Shown: piece by piece, positions 30,291 to 40,191 of the stretch
How positions within the stretch are numbered: position 1 is the stretch's first letter
How the letters are laid out: each line of letters begins with the position of its first letter
From: Patescibacteria group bacterium
Lineage (GTDB): Bacteria > Patescibacteriota > Patescibacteriia > UBA9934
Length of the DNA stretch: 64,000 nucleotides
Reading direction: 5' to 3'
NCBI GenBank assembly: GCA_038064675.1
Contig: JBBTSM010000010.1
Span: 2,977 to 66,976 of the forward strand
The notes under the pieces: model-generated
Seen by the model: only the letters and a program-made list of their open reading frames with translations
Databases searched by the model: none
What the model was told of the DNA's origin: nothing
Program-made: the position numbers and the translations under genes

Positions 30291-31724
30291 CTAGTAGCTT
30301 CGAGCGAAGACGACACGCTGACTCGATGGCTTTCCGGAGAACACGCATGTTCCGGTGGATGGCGCTTCGGCAAACGGAATGCAGCGAATGGTGGCGTTCG
30401 TAACTTCTTTAATCTTCTTCTCATCGTCCGCGTCGCCAGACCAATACGCCGTTACAAACTTTCCGGCTTCGATTGCAGCAACGAATTCATCCCACGTTAC
30501 AACGCTCACTGAGTTCGCTTCACGGTGTGCCAAAGCACGATCGAAAAGATTCTTCTGGATTGTTTCCATCAGATCGGCGACTGTTGCAGCAGCGTCGGCA
30601 ATCGCCACGCGAGACTTCTCGCTCGTGTCGCGACGTGCAACAACCACCTCACCCGCGGCAATATCCTTCGGTCCAATTTCAACACGAACAGGAATTCCCT
30701 TCTTTTCCCAGTGGAAAATCTTTTCACCTGGGCGGCCGTCGCGAGTATCAATCTTGCCTCGCACACCAGCCGCCTGAAGTTCAGCGAGCAAGGCGCTCGC
30801 CTTCTCCATGACCGGACCACGCTCTCCGTCTTTAAACCAGAGTGGAATGATGATCGCCTGAACGGATGCAACCTTTGGTGGAAGAACAAGACCCTGATCA
30901 TCGGAATGCGTCATGATGAGCCCGCCAATCATGCGTGTTGAAACACCCCAGCTTGTTTGCCATGCCAGCTGTTCCTCGTTGTTCTCGTCGCTAAACTTTA
31001 CGTTGAATGCTTTTGCAAAATTCTGTCCAAGGTTATGCGACGTCCCAAACTGCAGCGCCTTGCCATCTTGCATCATGGCCTCAACACAATAGGTTCGCAG
31101 CGCACCGGCAAAGCGCTCACTATCCGACTTTTGTCCTGGAATGACTGGAACCGCCATCACATTTTCCGCAAAATCAACGTAGATATCGAGCATCTTTCGA
31201 GCAAAGGCATCAGCTTCGTCATGCGTAGAATGCACCGTGTGCCCTTCCTGCCACAAGAATTCTGTGGTTCGAAGAAACAGGCGCGTTCGCATTTCCCAGC
31301 GCACCACGTTTGCCCACTGGTTAATGAGCAGTGGAAGATCACGATAGGAATGAATCCATCCGCTGAACACTTCGTACATGATGGTTTCCGATGTTGGACG
31401 AACCACAAGTGGCTCGTCGAGCTTCTTTCCACCTGCATGCGTGACCGTTGCAACTTCTGGTGCGAACCCTTCAACATGATCTGCTTCACGGCTCAAAAAA
31501 CTCTGCGGAATGAATAATGGGAAATACGCGTTCTCAACACCAACAGCCTTGAAACGGGCATCAAGATCTTTCTGGATCATCTCCCAGATCGCGTATCCGT
31601 GCGGCTTGATGATCATGCAGCCCTTCACTGGCGAATGCTCCGCCATATCTGCTGCGGCGATAACATCCAAATACCACTGACTATAATCTTCGGCGCGAGG
31701 AGTAATGCGAGTATTCGATGCCAT
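30291..31724 (-). CDS. proS: prolyl-tRNA synthetase (archaeal/eukaryote type)
   Basis: HVEGFAPE, RPTSET, QWANVVRWE, GTSHNLGQNF, C-terminal FARSY. Confidence 0.98.
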   Translation of the reverse strand: MASNTRITPRAEDYSQWYLDVIAAADMAEHSPVKGCMIIKPHGYAIWEMIQKDLDARFKAVGVENAYFPLFIPQSFLSREADHVEGFAPEVATVTHAGGKKLDEPLVVRPTSETIMYEVFSGWIHSYRDLPLLINQWANVVRWEMRTRLFLRTTEFLWQEGHTVHSTHDEADAFARKMLDIYVDFAENVMAVPVIPGQKSDSERFAGALRTYCVEAMMQDGKALQFGTSHNLGQNFAKAFNVKFSDENNEEQLAWQTSWGVSTRMIGGLIMTHSDDQGLVLPPKVASVQAIIIPLWFKDGERGPVMEKASALLAELQAAGVRGKIDTRDGRPGEKIFHWEKKGIPVRVEIGPKDIAAGEVVVARRDTSEKSRVAIADAAATVADLMETIQKNLFDRALAHREANSVSVVTWDEFVAAIEAGKFVTAYWSGDADDEKKIKEVTNATIRCIPFAEAPSTGTCVFSGKPSSQRVVFARSY

Positions 31725-31752
31725 AAAAATGTTGCTTCGTTTGAATGCGTCG

Positions 31753-31781
31753 ATGGTACCGGAAAAAGGAAATCGTCGCAA
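31753..31781 (-). promoter_or_regulatory. putative proS promoter
   Basis: Minus strand TTGCGA-17 bp-TACCAT. Confidence 0.55.
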
Positions 31782-31784
31782 AAT

Positions 31785-31820
31785 CGAAACCGGGCACTTC
31801 TCTTCGAAGATGCCCGGTGC
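31785..31820 (-). terminator. terminator hairpin ending the candidate ncRNA
   Basis: Minus strand ACCGGGCA-loop-TGCCCGGT followed by TTCGATTTT. Confidence 0.6.
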
Positions 31821-32675
31821 GTTGTGATGACCTCTAGCTGTCACATGTATCGTTCGTCTTGACGACACTTACTAGATTCATCGTTCGCGCTTCTCCAGCG
31901 CTAGCGATGAACGGGCCTGTGATTGCAAGCCACTTTCAGACAGAATCCACCGCGAACTCGATCGCTACCTGGACGCGTAAGGGCAGTTCCCCTCACGCCG
32001 AACTGCACAGTTTTTGTCAATTTGGCTGACGGCCGGTCGCTGACGGAGGATTTACTCCACCCGGTGGGGGATGAACCCCTCCTAGAGGCAAAGGTGAACT
32101 CCGCCAGACGACCGACCGGGCCAAAGATGCTCCGTTGCACCCAGTGTGCGGCTTCAGCGAAGCGGCACTCGCTCAGTTCAGCCCCATGAAGGCTGAACGT
32201 TGCACGGAATCTCATCCCCCGATGCGTCGACGACATCCAGACGACGTCCGCAGGCTTCGGGTGGCTGAGGAGGCAGGCCTCGTCAACTGTTTACCGGTTC
32301 TTGCTGCCGGCATTCACGATGATTTTGGGACTGCCGATGGTGAAATCATCGTTCCTTTCGAAGCCCTTGGCAGGCTACGAAGGTGTACGAGTGTCATATT
32401 CACCAACTCCGGGAGACAACCCGGTTTGCGTAGTCGGCCATTGCACCGATCCACACGAGACCCAGCACTCCAAGCGGCCGAGATCGGCCGCCGTACGTAT
32501 TAGGAGTAGGAACACTCTCCGTCTCCGCCGTCAATATACCGGCGTAAGAAAGACGTGACGCGGAAGGAACCCAATGGCGGTTCACGCGGCTGAGAAAGCT
32601 CCTTTCAGACGTTGGCCGGGCCTATTCAGCCTCGCACCACCAGTAGCCTCTACCACCTTTCGGCGATCAGGTTAC
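31785..32675 (-). ncRNA. candidate large (~890 nt) structured non-coding RNA, family unassigned
   Basis: Own promoter and terminator, no credible ORF, more than 15 visible helices and two possible pseudoknots. Confidence 0.75.
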
Positions 32676-32682
32676 AAAAACG

Positions 32683-32711
32683 AGAATACCACAAATTTCC
32701 GCTTTCGTCAA
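32683..32711 (-). promoter_or_regulatory. sigma70 promoter with extended -10
   Basis: Minus strand TTGACG-17 bp ending TGG-TATTCT; G at 32675 is a plausible +1. Confidence 0.75.
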
Positions 32712-32838
32712 GCGGAATTCAATATAAAACACAAGAAAACCCAATAAAGTCTTCAGTTCTATACAAGGGAAATACTCGGTATACTTGGCGCATCCGAAAT
32801 GAAACCACCCTCTTTAATAAGTGTCGCAAAACACATCT

Positions 32839-33216
32839 ATGACCGAACAACTCAATCCAAATCTTTCAGAAGAACAGAAGAACGTGTGCTTCTTAAAAGG
32901 CACTGAGCCACCGTTTAGTGGAAAGTATTACAAAGCCACGGACGCTGGAACGTATGTTTGTGCCAACTGTGGGCACGAGTTGTTCGGTTCGGATACGAAA
33001 TTCGACTCTGGTACGGGATGGCCGAGTTTTTGGGACGCAACAAACTCAGCGAACGTCGCCACCGAACCGGATCGCGAGCTTGGTATGGCACGAACCGAAA
33101 TTCTTTGTGCCAACTGTCGTGCCCACCTTGGTCACGTCTTCCCCGACGGCCCAGCGCCAACTGGCATGCGGTATTGCGTAAATTCGTTGTCACTCGATTT
33201 TAAACCGAAAGCGTAA
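32839..33216 (+). CDS. msrB: peptide methionine-R-sulfoxide reductase
   Basis: GTEPPF, KFDSGTGWPSF, HLGHVFPDGP, RYCVNS. Confidence 0.97.
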   Translation: MTEQLNPNLSEEQKNVCFLKGTEPPFSGKYYKATDAGTYVCANCGHELFGSDTKFDSGTGWPSFWDATNSANVATEPDRELGMARTEILCANCRAHLGHVFPDGPAPTGMRYCVNSLSLDFKPKA

Positions 33217-33226
33217 TCACTCTTCT

Positions 33227-33634
33227 ATGCAGTCCTCAACGCCACAACAGATGCAGATTCGAAAGATTCTTTGGTTCGCATTCATCAACGCAATCGTTAT
33301 TTACAATATCGTCGGTTTTATCACTTTCGGCAACAACTCAAACGCGGGCCGCGTTGTGCGCAATCTTTCATTCAACGATCCTGTTGTTGTCGGAATCGGA
33401 GCCTTTGCAGTGCTCGCAGCTGTTGGGTCGATCCTTCTCGCAAGAACTCCGCTTACATCCTCCGTGCAGGATTACCCAAAATTCCTTATTCGATTAGCTG
33501 TTGCAGAAGTTCCCTCAATTCTCGGCCTCGTTCTTTCGTTCACGACACTCCAACCAGAACCGCTTTGGATTGCGTCGGTTGTCTCAATTATTCTGCTCAT
33601 CGTGCACCGTCCACAATTCACACAAACACTCTAA
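33227..33634 (+). CDS. membrane protein (about 4 TM)
   Basis: Hydrophobic segments; LAVAEVPSILG. Confidence 0.7.
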   Translation: MQSSTPQQMQIRKILWFAFINAIVIYNIVGFITFGNNSNAGRVVRNLSFNDPVVVGIGAFAVLAAVGSILLARTPLTSSVQDYPKFLIRLAVAEVPSILGLVLSFTTLQPEPLWIASVVSIILLIVHRPQFTQTL

Positions 33635-33647
33635 AGAGCACCGAAGA

Positions 33648-35432
33648 TTACTTCGCCGCTTTCAGCATCTCAATCTCTTCGCACAACACAAGCCACTGAT
33701 GCTCAATTCGGCTCAGCTCGTCGTCCAGCTCGGAGAGGCGACGGTTCTTTTCTGGTGAGTAGTCGGTTGGGTTCTCAAAAAAGTACGCAAGAATTCCACT
33801 CTTTTCTTTATCGAGCTTTTCAATCTGCACCTGCATGCGCTCTGCGAGCCGTTGCTTCTCTTTGAGCATCTGTCGACGAAGCGATCGTGCCTCCGCGTCA
33901 TCGGACAACTCCTTCGGTAGCACCTCAACGTCGTCCGCGTCCATGATCAATTCCAAGTCACGCACGTAGTCCTCGTACGTCCCAACGTAGTGACGAACAG
34001 TTCCACCACGAATTTCATAGATTCGCTCAGCAAGGGCGTTGACGAATGTTCGGGCGTGGGAAACGAAGAGTACGGTTCCGCCGTATTCCTTAAGAGCCGA
34101 TGCAAGCGACTCCGCTGTCTCCACATCAAGGTGGTTCGTTGGCTCGTCGAGAATGAGTACGCTGTGTTCGTGCAGCAACATTCCCGCCAAACACAATCGG
34201 GCGCGCTCTCCCCCGGAAAGCACGCTCGTCGTTTTCTCCAGATCGTCACCACGGAAGAGGAAGTTGCCCGCCATCATCAAAATACGCTCCCCCGATGCCA
34301 TTGGCGGCGCTAAGCGAGTGAGATACTGCAAAATTGTTTCCGTTGGAATAAGCGTCGCATCCGTCTTCTGGTCGTAATACCCAATATCTGCCCGATGCCA
34401 CCATTTTGCTGATCCCTCAATCGGCTCGAGAATTCCCGCGAGCGTCTTCAAGAGTGTTGATTTTCCCTTTCCATTCTCCCCCGCAATAACAACCTTCTCT
34501 CCACGATTAAACGTAAACGAAATGTTCGATCCAATGACTTTGTCTCCGTAGCCGATCGACAACTTTTCTACGCGCACCGCAATACCCGGGATAATCACCG
34601 GTGTTGGAATGACGATACGCGTCGTCGACAAATCTTTCTTAATGGCGACGATTGAGCGGCGGAGCTTCTCAATGTGCTTCATTTTACTTTGTGCCCGCGA
34701 CGCCTGGCTGGCCTTGTACTGAAATCGATTCACGAATTCTTGATGGTGCGCCATCTCTCTAGCCACACGCTTGTTGCTCTTCCGCACAAACTCCAACTGC
34801 TCCGCCTTCCACACAAGATAGTCTTCAACGGTTCCTGGATACGACGTCATTGCCGCACGCTCAATCTCCATGGTTGACGTACACGTGTTCTGGAGGAATT
34901 CACGATCGTGCGCGGTCATGATAAAGCTCCCTTCATACTCGGCAAGGAAACGCTCGAGCAGCAACAACGTTGGAAGATCGAGGTAGTTCACTGGCTCATC
35001 GAGCAACAAGAGATTCGGATCACACAGCAACATCGCCACAATTTTCACACGCATCTGGTATCCGCCAGACAGCGCGGTTGGTGGCTTTTCGAGGTCGGTT
35101 CCGTGCAACCCAAACTTTGCTGCAAGCTTACGCACGTCCCACGTTGGCTTGCCCGAGATCGATGAACAGTATTCCTCCGTCGTCACATCGCCTGGCAGAA
35201 TGTCGTGTTGCGCAACCATGCCAAGCTTCGTCCACGGCATGAGTTTCACGGATCCAGCATCAGGCTCCTCGATTCCCATGAGCATGTTCAGAAGCGTCGA
35301 TTTCCCAGCACCATTGCGGCCAATCAGCGCGATATGCTCCCCCTCACCCACCACAAACGAAATATCGTCGCAGACAACTTGCTTGCCATACGACTTTCGG
35401 AGGTTTTTCACGTCGAGGAGTGGCTTAGACAT
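33648..35432 (-). CDS. ABC-F family ATPase
   Basis: Two NBDs (GRNGAGKS, LSGGY, LLDEP; GENGKGKS, LSGGE, LDEPTNHLD), no TM, C-terminal coiled coil. Confidence 0.95.
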   Translation of the reverse strand: MSKPLLDVKNLRKSYGKQVVCDDISFVVGEGEHIALIGRNGAGKSTLLNMLMGIEEPDAGSVKLMPWTKLGMVAQHDILPGDVTTEEYCSSISGKPTWDVRKLAAKFGLHGTDLEKPPTALSGGYQMRVKIVAMLLCDPNLLLLDEPVNYLDLPTLLLLERFLAEYEGSFIMTAHDREFLQNTCTSTMEIERAAMTSYPGTVEDYLVWKAEQLEFVRKSNKRVAREMAHHQEFVNRFQYKASQASRAQSKMKHIEKLRRSIVAIKKDLSTTRIVIPTPVIIPGIAVRVEKLSIGYGDKVIGSNISFTFNRGEKVVIAGENGKGKSTLLKTLAGILEPIEGSAKWWHRADIGYYDQKTDATLIPTETILQYLTRLAPPMASGERILMMAGNFLFRGDDLEKTTSVLSGGERARLCLAGMLLHEHSVLILDEPTNHLDVETAESLASALKEYGGTVLFVSHARTFVNALAERIYEIRGGTVRHYVGTYEDYVRDLELIMDADDVEVLPKELSDDAEARSLRRQMLKEKQRLAERMQVQIEKLDKEKSGILAYFFENPTDYSPEKNRRLSELDDELSRIEHQWLVLCEEIEMLKAAK

Positions 35433-35455
35433 GGCAGGAAGGGTACACTAGAAAT

Positions 35456-35968
35456 ATGCGTCTTCCAACCAGAAAGAAAGAACTTGAGCGGCAGCAAACC
35501 GAGGAGCCTGATTTGCATTTCACGCCAGAAAAGATTGAAGCGATGAAACGGGAACTTCAACGGCTCATCGATGCGGAACGAGGTGTTGCCGCGGCAGAAG
35601 TAGTACGTACTGGTGAAATGGGCGATTTCTCAGAGAACGCGGGGTATCAGTGGGCAAAGCAGAATCTTCGGCGAATCAACGGAAGAATTCTTTCTCTCAC
35701 CGAAAAGATTAACCACGCGATTCCTATCGTCCACGAGGCGGGGTCGAGTCGAGTCCGAATTGGATCGACCGTAACAGTGAAACTCGAACCAGGATCGGCG
35801 ACGTACACGTACGAAATTCTCGGCTCACAAGAAAGCAACCCAATAAAAGGAAAGATCTCGCATCACTCCCCCATTGGCAAAGCACTTCTGGGTTGCATGG
35901 TCGGCGACGTCGCAGATGTTCAGGTCGGCGATCGAACAACGCACTACACTGTCGTCGCCATCGCATAA
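35456..35968 (+). CDS. greA: GreA/GreB transcription elongation factor
   Basis: GDFSENAGY, IGSTV, ISHHSPIGKALLG. Confidence 0.9.
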   Translation: MRLPTRKKELERQQTEEPDLHFTPEKIEAMKRELQRLIDAERGVAAAEVVRTGEMGDFSENAGYQWAKQNLRRINGRILSLTEKINHAIPIVHEAGSSRVRIGSTVTVKLEPGSATYTYEILGSQESNPIKGKISHHSPIGKALLGCMVGDVADVQVGDRTTHYTVVAIA

Positions 35969-36005
35969 CCAAAAACACCCAGCCAATTCGGCCGGGTGTT
36001 TTGGT
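35969..36005. terminator. bidirectional terminator
   Basis: AAAACACCCAGCC-aattc-GGCCGGGTGTTTT. Confidence 0.75.
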
Positions 36006-36014
36006 GTTTCGTTC

Positions 36015-36374
36015 TTACTTCGCGAGAAGCATGAGAAGTGCCGCAGCAATCGCGATGTTCTTTTGGAACATGATCATGTCGGTCATCTTCTGCTTCTCGT
36101 CGGTGGTTGCCCAGAAATTGTGAATCATCACTGCGAATACCACGAGCAATGCCGCAAGCGCACCGTATGCCCATACAAGGTCCATCTGGAAGAGAATACC
36201 TATTCCACCAAGGACCAAGATCAGTCCGCCGACGTACACGCCAACTTCTGGCATTGGCACCTTCTTGTACTTTGAGTACTCGATCAATCCCTTCGCTTTA
36301 GTGAAGTGTGGAATACCCGCAAGAATGAAGTACACGCCGAGCACGATCTTTCCCACAAGAAACAATGTTTCCAT
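36015..36374 (-). CDS. DoxX-family membrane protein
   Basis: GKIVLG...HF, HNFW, FQKNIAI. Confidence 0.9.
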   Translation of the reverse strand: METLFLVGKIVLGVYFILAGIPHFTKAKGLIEYSKYKKVPMPEVGVYVGGLILVLGGIGILFQMDLVWAYGALAALLVVFAVMIHNFWATTDEKQKMTDMIMFQKNIAIAAALLMLLAK

Positions 36375-36417
36375 AATGATAGGTAATGATTCTTGCACGA
36401 AGCGTACAGGAAAGACG

Positions 36418-37290
36418 CTATGATTGAAAGAATTCACCCGGGAATTCTTTTGAGTGAGTTAGTGAGAGATCGGCGTAAACAATGGCGTATTCGAAATCGA
36501 AGTCCGGTTGTAACGCTTCTGGATGAACAAACATCAACGCCGTGGTGAGCCCGTCTGCAACCAACGTGGAATCGGCAACAACCCACACGGCGAGAATATG
36601 TTTTGGCGACGAGAGCGATCGCGGATCAAGAATGTGATTGAACGCGCCCCAGGCTCGCCGATTTCCCGCTGAGCCACAAATGCTCGTGTTCACGACGGAA
36701 GCCACGCCAATGACCTGTGACGCGCTCACAGGGCTCTCTAGCCCAACACGTAACACCGCATTCGCATCACTCCGATACCGCATGTCTCCGCCGGCATCAA
36801 CGCAATACGAACCAATCCCTTCACTTGCGATGAGATCGGACACAATGTCGATAAGATATCCCTTTCCAGCAGCTCCAAAATCAAGAAGCGCAGGCTCGAG
36901 GAGATCAATAACCGATCCTTCAACGCGCATCACATCGTCCCATCGCTTTGGCGCCATCATGGGTTTTGTCTTCAACGAATACGCGGCATCGTACCCAGCA
37001 TCGGACAACGCCTGGCCAATCAATGGCGTAACGAATCCTCCGGTGAGATCGTACAGTTTTCGATACAGCACGAGCATCGACACAGCATCAGTGGGCAGTT
37101 CATACCGACCCGCCTTCTTCGACATTGCGGTAACGATTGAATCCGCGCGAAAGCGCGAATAGGCCTTGTCGAAGATTTCGATCCGATTTCGAATCTTCCC
37201 CATCACAAACTCGACGCGCTGGGCGTCGAGGGTTGCGGGAAGATCGATGCACCAATGTGTGCCGATCGCATCGAACTCGTTCCGATACAT
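36418..37290 (-). CDS. apbE: FAD:protein FMN transferase
   Basis: AIGT, SRFRADS, LDFGAAGKGY, DAGGD, HILDP, ADGLTTAL. Confidence 0.93.
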   Translation of the reverse strand: MYRNEFDAIGTHWCIDLPATLDAQRVEFVMGKIRNRIEIFDKAYSRFRADSIVTAMSKKAGRYELPTDAVSMLVLYRKLYDLTGGFVTPLIGQALSDAGYDAAYSLKTKPMMAPKRWDDVMRVEGSVIDLLEPALLDFGAAGKGYLIDIVSDLIASEGIGSYCVDAGGDMRYRSDANAVLRVGLESPVSASQVIGVASVVNTSICGSAGNRRAWGAFNHILDPRSLSSPKHILAVWVVADSTLVADGLTTALMFVHPEALQPDFDFEYAIVYADLSLTHSKEFPGEFFQS

Positions 37291-37291
37291 A

Positions 37292-37828
37292 TTATGCTTG
37301 AGCCTGAGTTTTAATGGCGTTCAATGCATCATTAAACCCTTTTGGTGTTAACGATGAACCAGAAACTTTGGTCAATTGCACATCGGCAATATTCTTTCCC
37401 ACAACGAATGTTTTGTATCCGGCAATAAATATATTCTGGTACATCATCGATGTACCGTCGGTGGCTTTCGCGGTCACAGTGGCTGCAGTAATTACATCAT
37501 TCACCAGCGTAAGCTCCACTCCCATACCCTGTGCAGGCGCTTCAGGAACACGGTAGGTTGTTGTGACGGAATATGTGCCATCTTTATACGTTGACGTGGA
37601 TGCTGGTGCTGGTGCTGGAGTTGTCGATGGCGTCGGTACTGGAGTGCTCGGCGTCGTCGTCGTGCCCGTTGTCGGCTTTACGGATGTCGTTGTTGCAGGA
37701 GTCGTCACAACTACACTCGACGTGACAGGCTGCGCCTGTTCCTTTGGCTTCATGACGAAAAATCCTAGAACAACCACGGGAAGCAGTGCCGCAACAAGAA
37801 TAGAAACGCGTTTCACTGTATTTTGCAT
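37292..37828 (-). CDS. membrane-anchored FMN-binding domain protein
   Basis: N-terminal TM, Thr/Pro linker, YKDGTY, VSGSSLT flavinylation-like motif. Confidence 0.85.
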   Translation of the reverse strand: MQNTVKRVSILVAALLPVVVLGFFVMKPKEQAQPVTSSVVVTTPATTTSVKPTTGTTTTPSTPVPTPSTTPAPAPASTSTYKDGTYSVTTTYRVPEAPAQGMGVELTLVNDVITAATVTAKATDGTSMMYQNIFIAGYKTFVVGKNIADVQLTKVSGSSLTPKGFNDALNAIKTQAQA

Positions 37829-37872
37829 AGGAAATTTAAGTACGAAAAGTATACAGGTCGTGCGTGAACGGC

Positions 37873-37902
37873 GAAAGCCGCCACGTGTGGATGGCGGCTT
37901 TC
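37873..37902 (-). terminator. hairpin terminator
   Basis: GAAAGCCGCCA...TGGCGGCTTTC. Confidence 0.7.
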
Positions 37903-37916
37903 AGACGCGCACATGT

Positions 37917-38465
37917 TTAGCCATTATCTTCTTGAACATCTCCCCCGTTCATCATTCCTTGACCGCGCATCATGCCACCAGATCCACGATGCATTCCTCC
38001 TGGACCACGACCGCGGAGGCCTTGGCCTGGAGCAAATTCCTTTGGAAGATCGTTTGACTCTGCCCACGCCTTCTGCGTTTCTGCATTTGCCTTGAGCGCA
38101 GCTTGGCGCTCTTCTGGCGTCTTATCCTTCAAACTCTCAAAGAATGTCTTCTGCGTTTCCATGTTCGCGGCAATCGCATCGGCCTGTGCTTGCGTTAACT
38201 TGCCGTCCGTTACCGCTTTCGTAAGATGATCAGCAATGTTCTCTTGTCGTTGCTCCTGCATCGTTGCGTGCTGTTCGTCGAACACCGCCTGAACATCCGC
38301 TTCTTTCACATTAAACTTTTTTGCAATCGCGGTCACAAGATTCTGCATTGGTTTGTGAACGATGGACGTGTCTGTTGCAGCGAATGCGGTTGCTGTACCG
38401 AACGCACCCATGCCGAGTGTCGCAACGATCGCCGCAGCAATCACGGATTTCTTTGTCGTCGTCAT
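37917..38465 (-). CDS. secreted helical protein with Gly/Met-rich tail
   Basis: Signal peptide (AFA), AVTDGKLTQAQADAI motif. Confidence 0.85.
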   Translation of the reverse strand: MTTTKKSVIAAAIVATLGMGAFGTATAFAATDTSIVHKPMQNLVTAIAKKFNVKEADVQAVFDEQHATMQEQRQENIADHLTKAVTDGKLTQAQADAIAANMETQKTFFESLKDKTPEERQAALKANAETQKAWAESNDLPKEFAPGQGLRGRGPGGMHRGSGGMMRGQGMMNGGDVQEDNG

Positions 38466-38510
38466 AGAACAATGATGTTAAGAGTAACGTCTAGACTATA
38501 GAAAACGTGC

Positions 38511-38528
38511 CATGAAGCAATCATGAAG
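38511..38528 (-). promoter_or_regulatory. OmpR/PhoB-type direct-repeat box
   Basis: CTTCATG-n4-CTTCATG, 10 bp upstream of TATAGT. Confidence 0.6.
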
Positions 38529-39555
38529 CCTTGTGGATAGGCAGAACAATGCTCACTGTTGTACCAATATCTACAGCACTTTTCATAGCAATTGTTCCCC
38601 CAGATGATTGGACGATGGATCTTGCAATAGACAATCCCAATCCGCTTCCACCGGTCCGTCGCGATCGGCTCTTATCTGCTCGATAAAATCGGTCAAAAAT
38701 CTTCTGTACATCGTGCTCGGCAATGCCAACGCCGGTATCAGCCACATCGATACGAACCGAGTCATCTTGTCGCGTCATTGAAACATTCACCGATCCATTG
38801 GTGCGGTTATACAGAATCGCATTCTCAATCACATTCGTGAGCACGCGGATTAATGGCTCTTCTGTGGCAAGAACAGTAAATGTTTCCGGCGCGTCCTCTA
38901 GCGTAAGTGTCACACGGTGTTTTGTTGCAATCGACGACAGCCGATCAACAACCGTTTGAAGAACGTCGTTCATCGTCAAAGAAACCCTCGTCACCTCCGT
39001 CCCAGTATGCTCAAGCTTCGATAATGAAAGAACATCGCTCACCAATGTACTCATACGCCGAACCTCCTCAAGATGACTCTCGGCAGATACTCGCACGTCG
39101 GCCGATCCGCCATCGCGTTCGTTTTCCAGGTTCGCCTGGAGAATCGCAAGCGGTGTTCGAAGTTCGTGCGATGCATCGCTCAAGAACTGACGCTGACGTT
39201 CATATGCTTCTTCGATTGGCCGCAGTGTACGCGTGGCAAGCCGATAACTAATAAACACCGAAAGAAACACAAGAATGCCATTCACCATGAGCAACGTGTC
39301 AGACAAATCTTCAGTAACGTCGTCAACGTTCACCGGGAATACCACCGGGTGAATGCGATCGTTTCGATCGATAACCAACGCAAATCGCTGACTAAGACGA
39401 TCCGAAAACACGGTGCGCGTTACTCCACTTGAAATGAACAAGAGAATAACAAGAATGCCGGTGTAAATTGCCGTCAGCGCAACGCGTGTTCGAAAATATT
39501 CTTCACGAAACGAGCCGGTATCCTTTTCCCCAAACCGTTTGAATACGTTTCGCAT
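38521..39555 (-). CDS. sensor histidine kinase
   Basis: DASHELRTPL, NVIENAILY, DTGVGI, GSGLGL. Confidence 0.96.
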   Translation of the reverse strand: MRNVFKRFGEKDTGSFREEYFRTRVALTAIYTGILVILLFISSGVTRTVFSDRLSQRFALVIDRNDRIHPVVFPVNVDDVTEDLSDTLLMVNGILVFLSVFISYRLATRTLRPIEEAYERQRQFLSDASHELRTPLAILQANLENERDGGSADVRVSAESHLEEVRRMSTLVSDVLSLSKLEHTGTEVTRVSLTMNDVLQTVVDRLSSIATKHRVTLTLEDAPETFTVLATEEPLIRVLTNVIENAILYNRTNGSVNVSMTRQDDSVRIDVADTGVGIAEHDVQKIFDRFYRADKSRSRRTGGSGLGLSIARSIVQSSGGTIAMKSAVDIGTTVSIVLPIHKAS

Positions 39556-40168
39556 ACTCCTTTGGCAATTTCTTTCGAAGATTTTTCAAGTGAACATCTA
39601 CAACATTGCTTAACGAGTCGAAGAACCGATCCCACACGTGCGACAAAATATCTTCTCGCGTTACCACAGCGCCTTGATTCCGCAGGAAGTACTCGAGCAA
39701 TGCATATTCTCGCAACGTCAGATCGATCGGTTTTCCGTTGATCGTAACAATTTGTGAACGCGTATCAAGGAGCAATCCGTCCAGTGTCAGCACATCGCCT
39801 TGCACGTTCGGTGCCCTGCGAGTAATCGCACGAATGCGTGCCACAAGCTCGTCGAACGAGAATGGCTTCACAACATAATCGTCTGCACCAACGTTGAATC
39901 CGGTAATCTTTTCGTGCACGTCGCTCTTTGCGGTAAGAAACAGCACCGGCGTTTGCACACCAGATGCCCGAAGCTTCTTACACATTTCAAAACCGTCCAT
40001 GATGGGCATCATCACATCGAGCACAATACAATCATACACATTGTCTTTCGCAATCCGTTCCCCCTCTGCACCGTCGAAAGCCGCATCAACCGTGTATCCA
40101 CGGCTGCGCAAGCCTTGAACGATAGCGGCATTCAATTTCTGTTCGTCTTCAACAACGAGGATTTTCAT
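39503..40168 (-). CDS. OmpR-family response regulator
   Basis: ILVVEDE, LDVMMP, GADDYVVKPF, TVWGKGY. Confidence 0.97.
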   Translation of the reverse strand: MKILVVEDEQKLNAAIVQGLRSRGYTVDAAFDGAEGERIAKDNVYDCIVLDVMMPIMDGFEMCKKLRASGVQTPVLFLTAKSDVHEKITGFNVGADDYVVKPFSFDELVARIRAITRRAPNVQGDVLTLDGLLLDTRSQIVTINGKPIDLTLREYALLEYFLRNQGAVVTREDILSHVWDRFFDSLSNVVDVHLKNLRKKLPKEYAKRIQTVWGKGYRLVS

Positions 40169-40191
40169 ACGTAGATAGTATACAAACATCG

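Noticed and set aside
31901-32585. ORFs 31901-32236, 31923-32189, 32135-32503 and 32301-32558
   Set aside because: Short, mutually overlapping, atypical composition and no recognisable motifs.
31785-32675. T-box leader of proS, tmRNA, RNase P RNA or group I/II intron
   Set aside because: No GGUGGNACCGCG T-box, no tRNA-like ends, no GAGGAAAGUCC, no domain V or P7 motifs and no interrupted gene; proS has its own promoter candidate.
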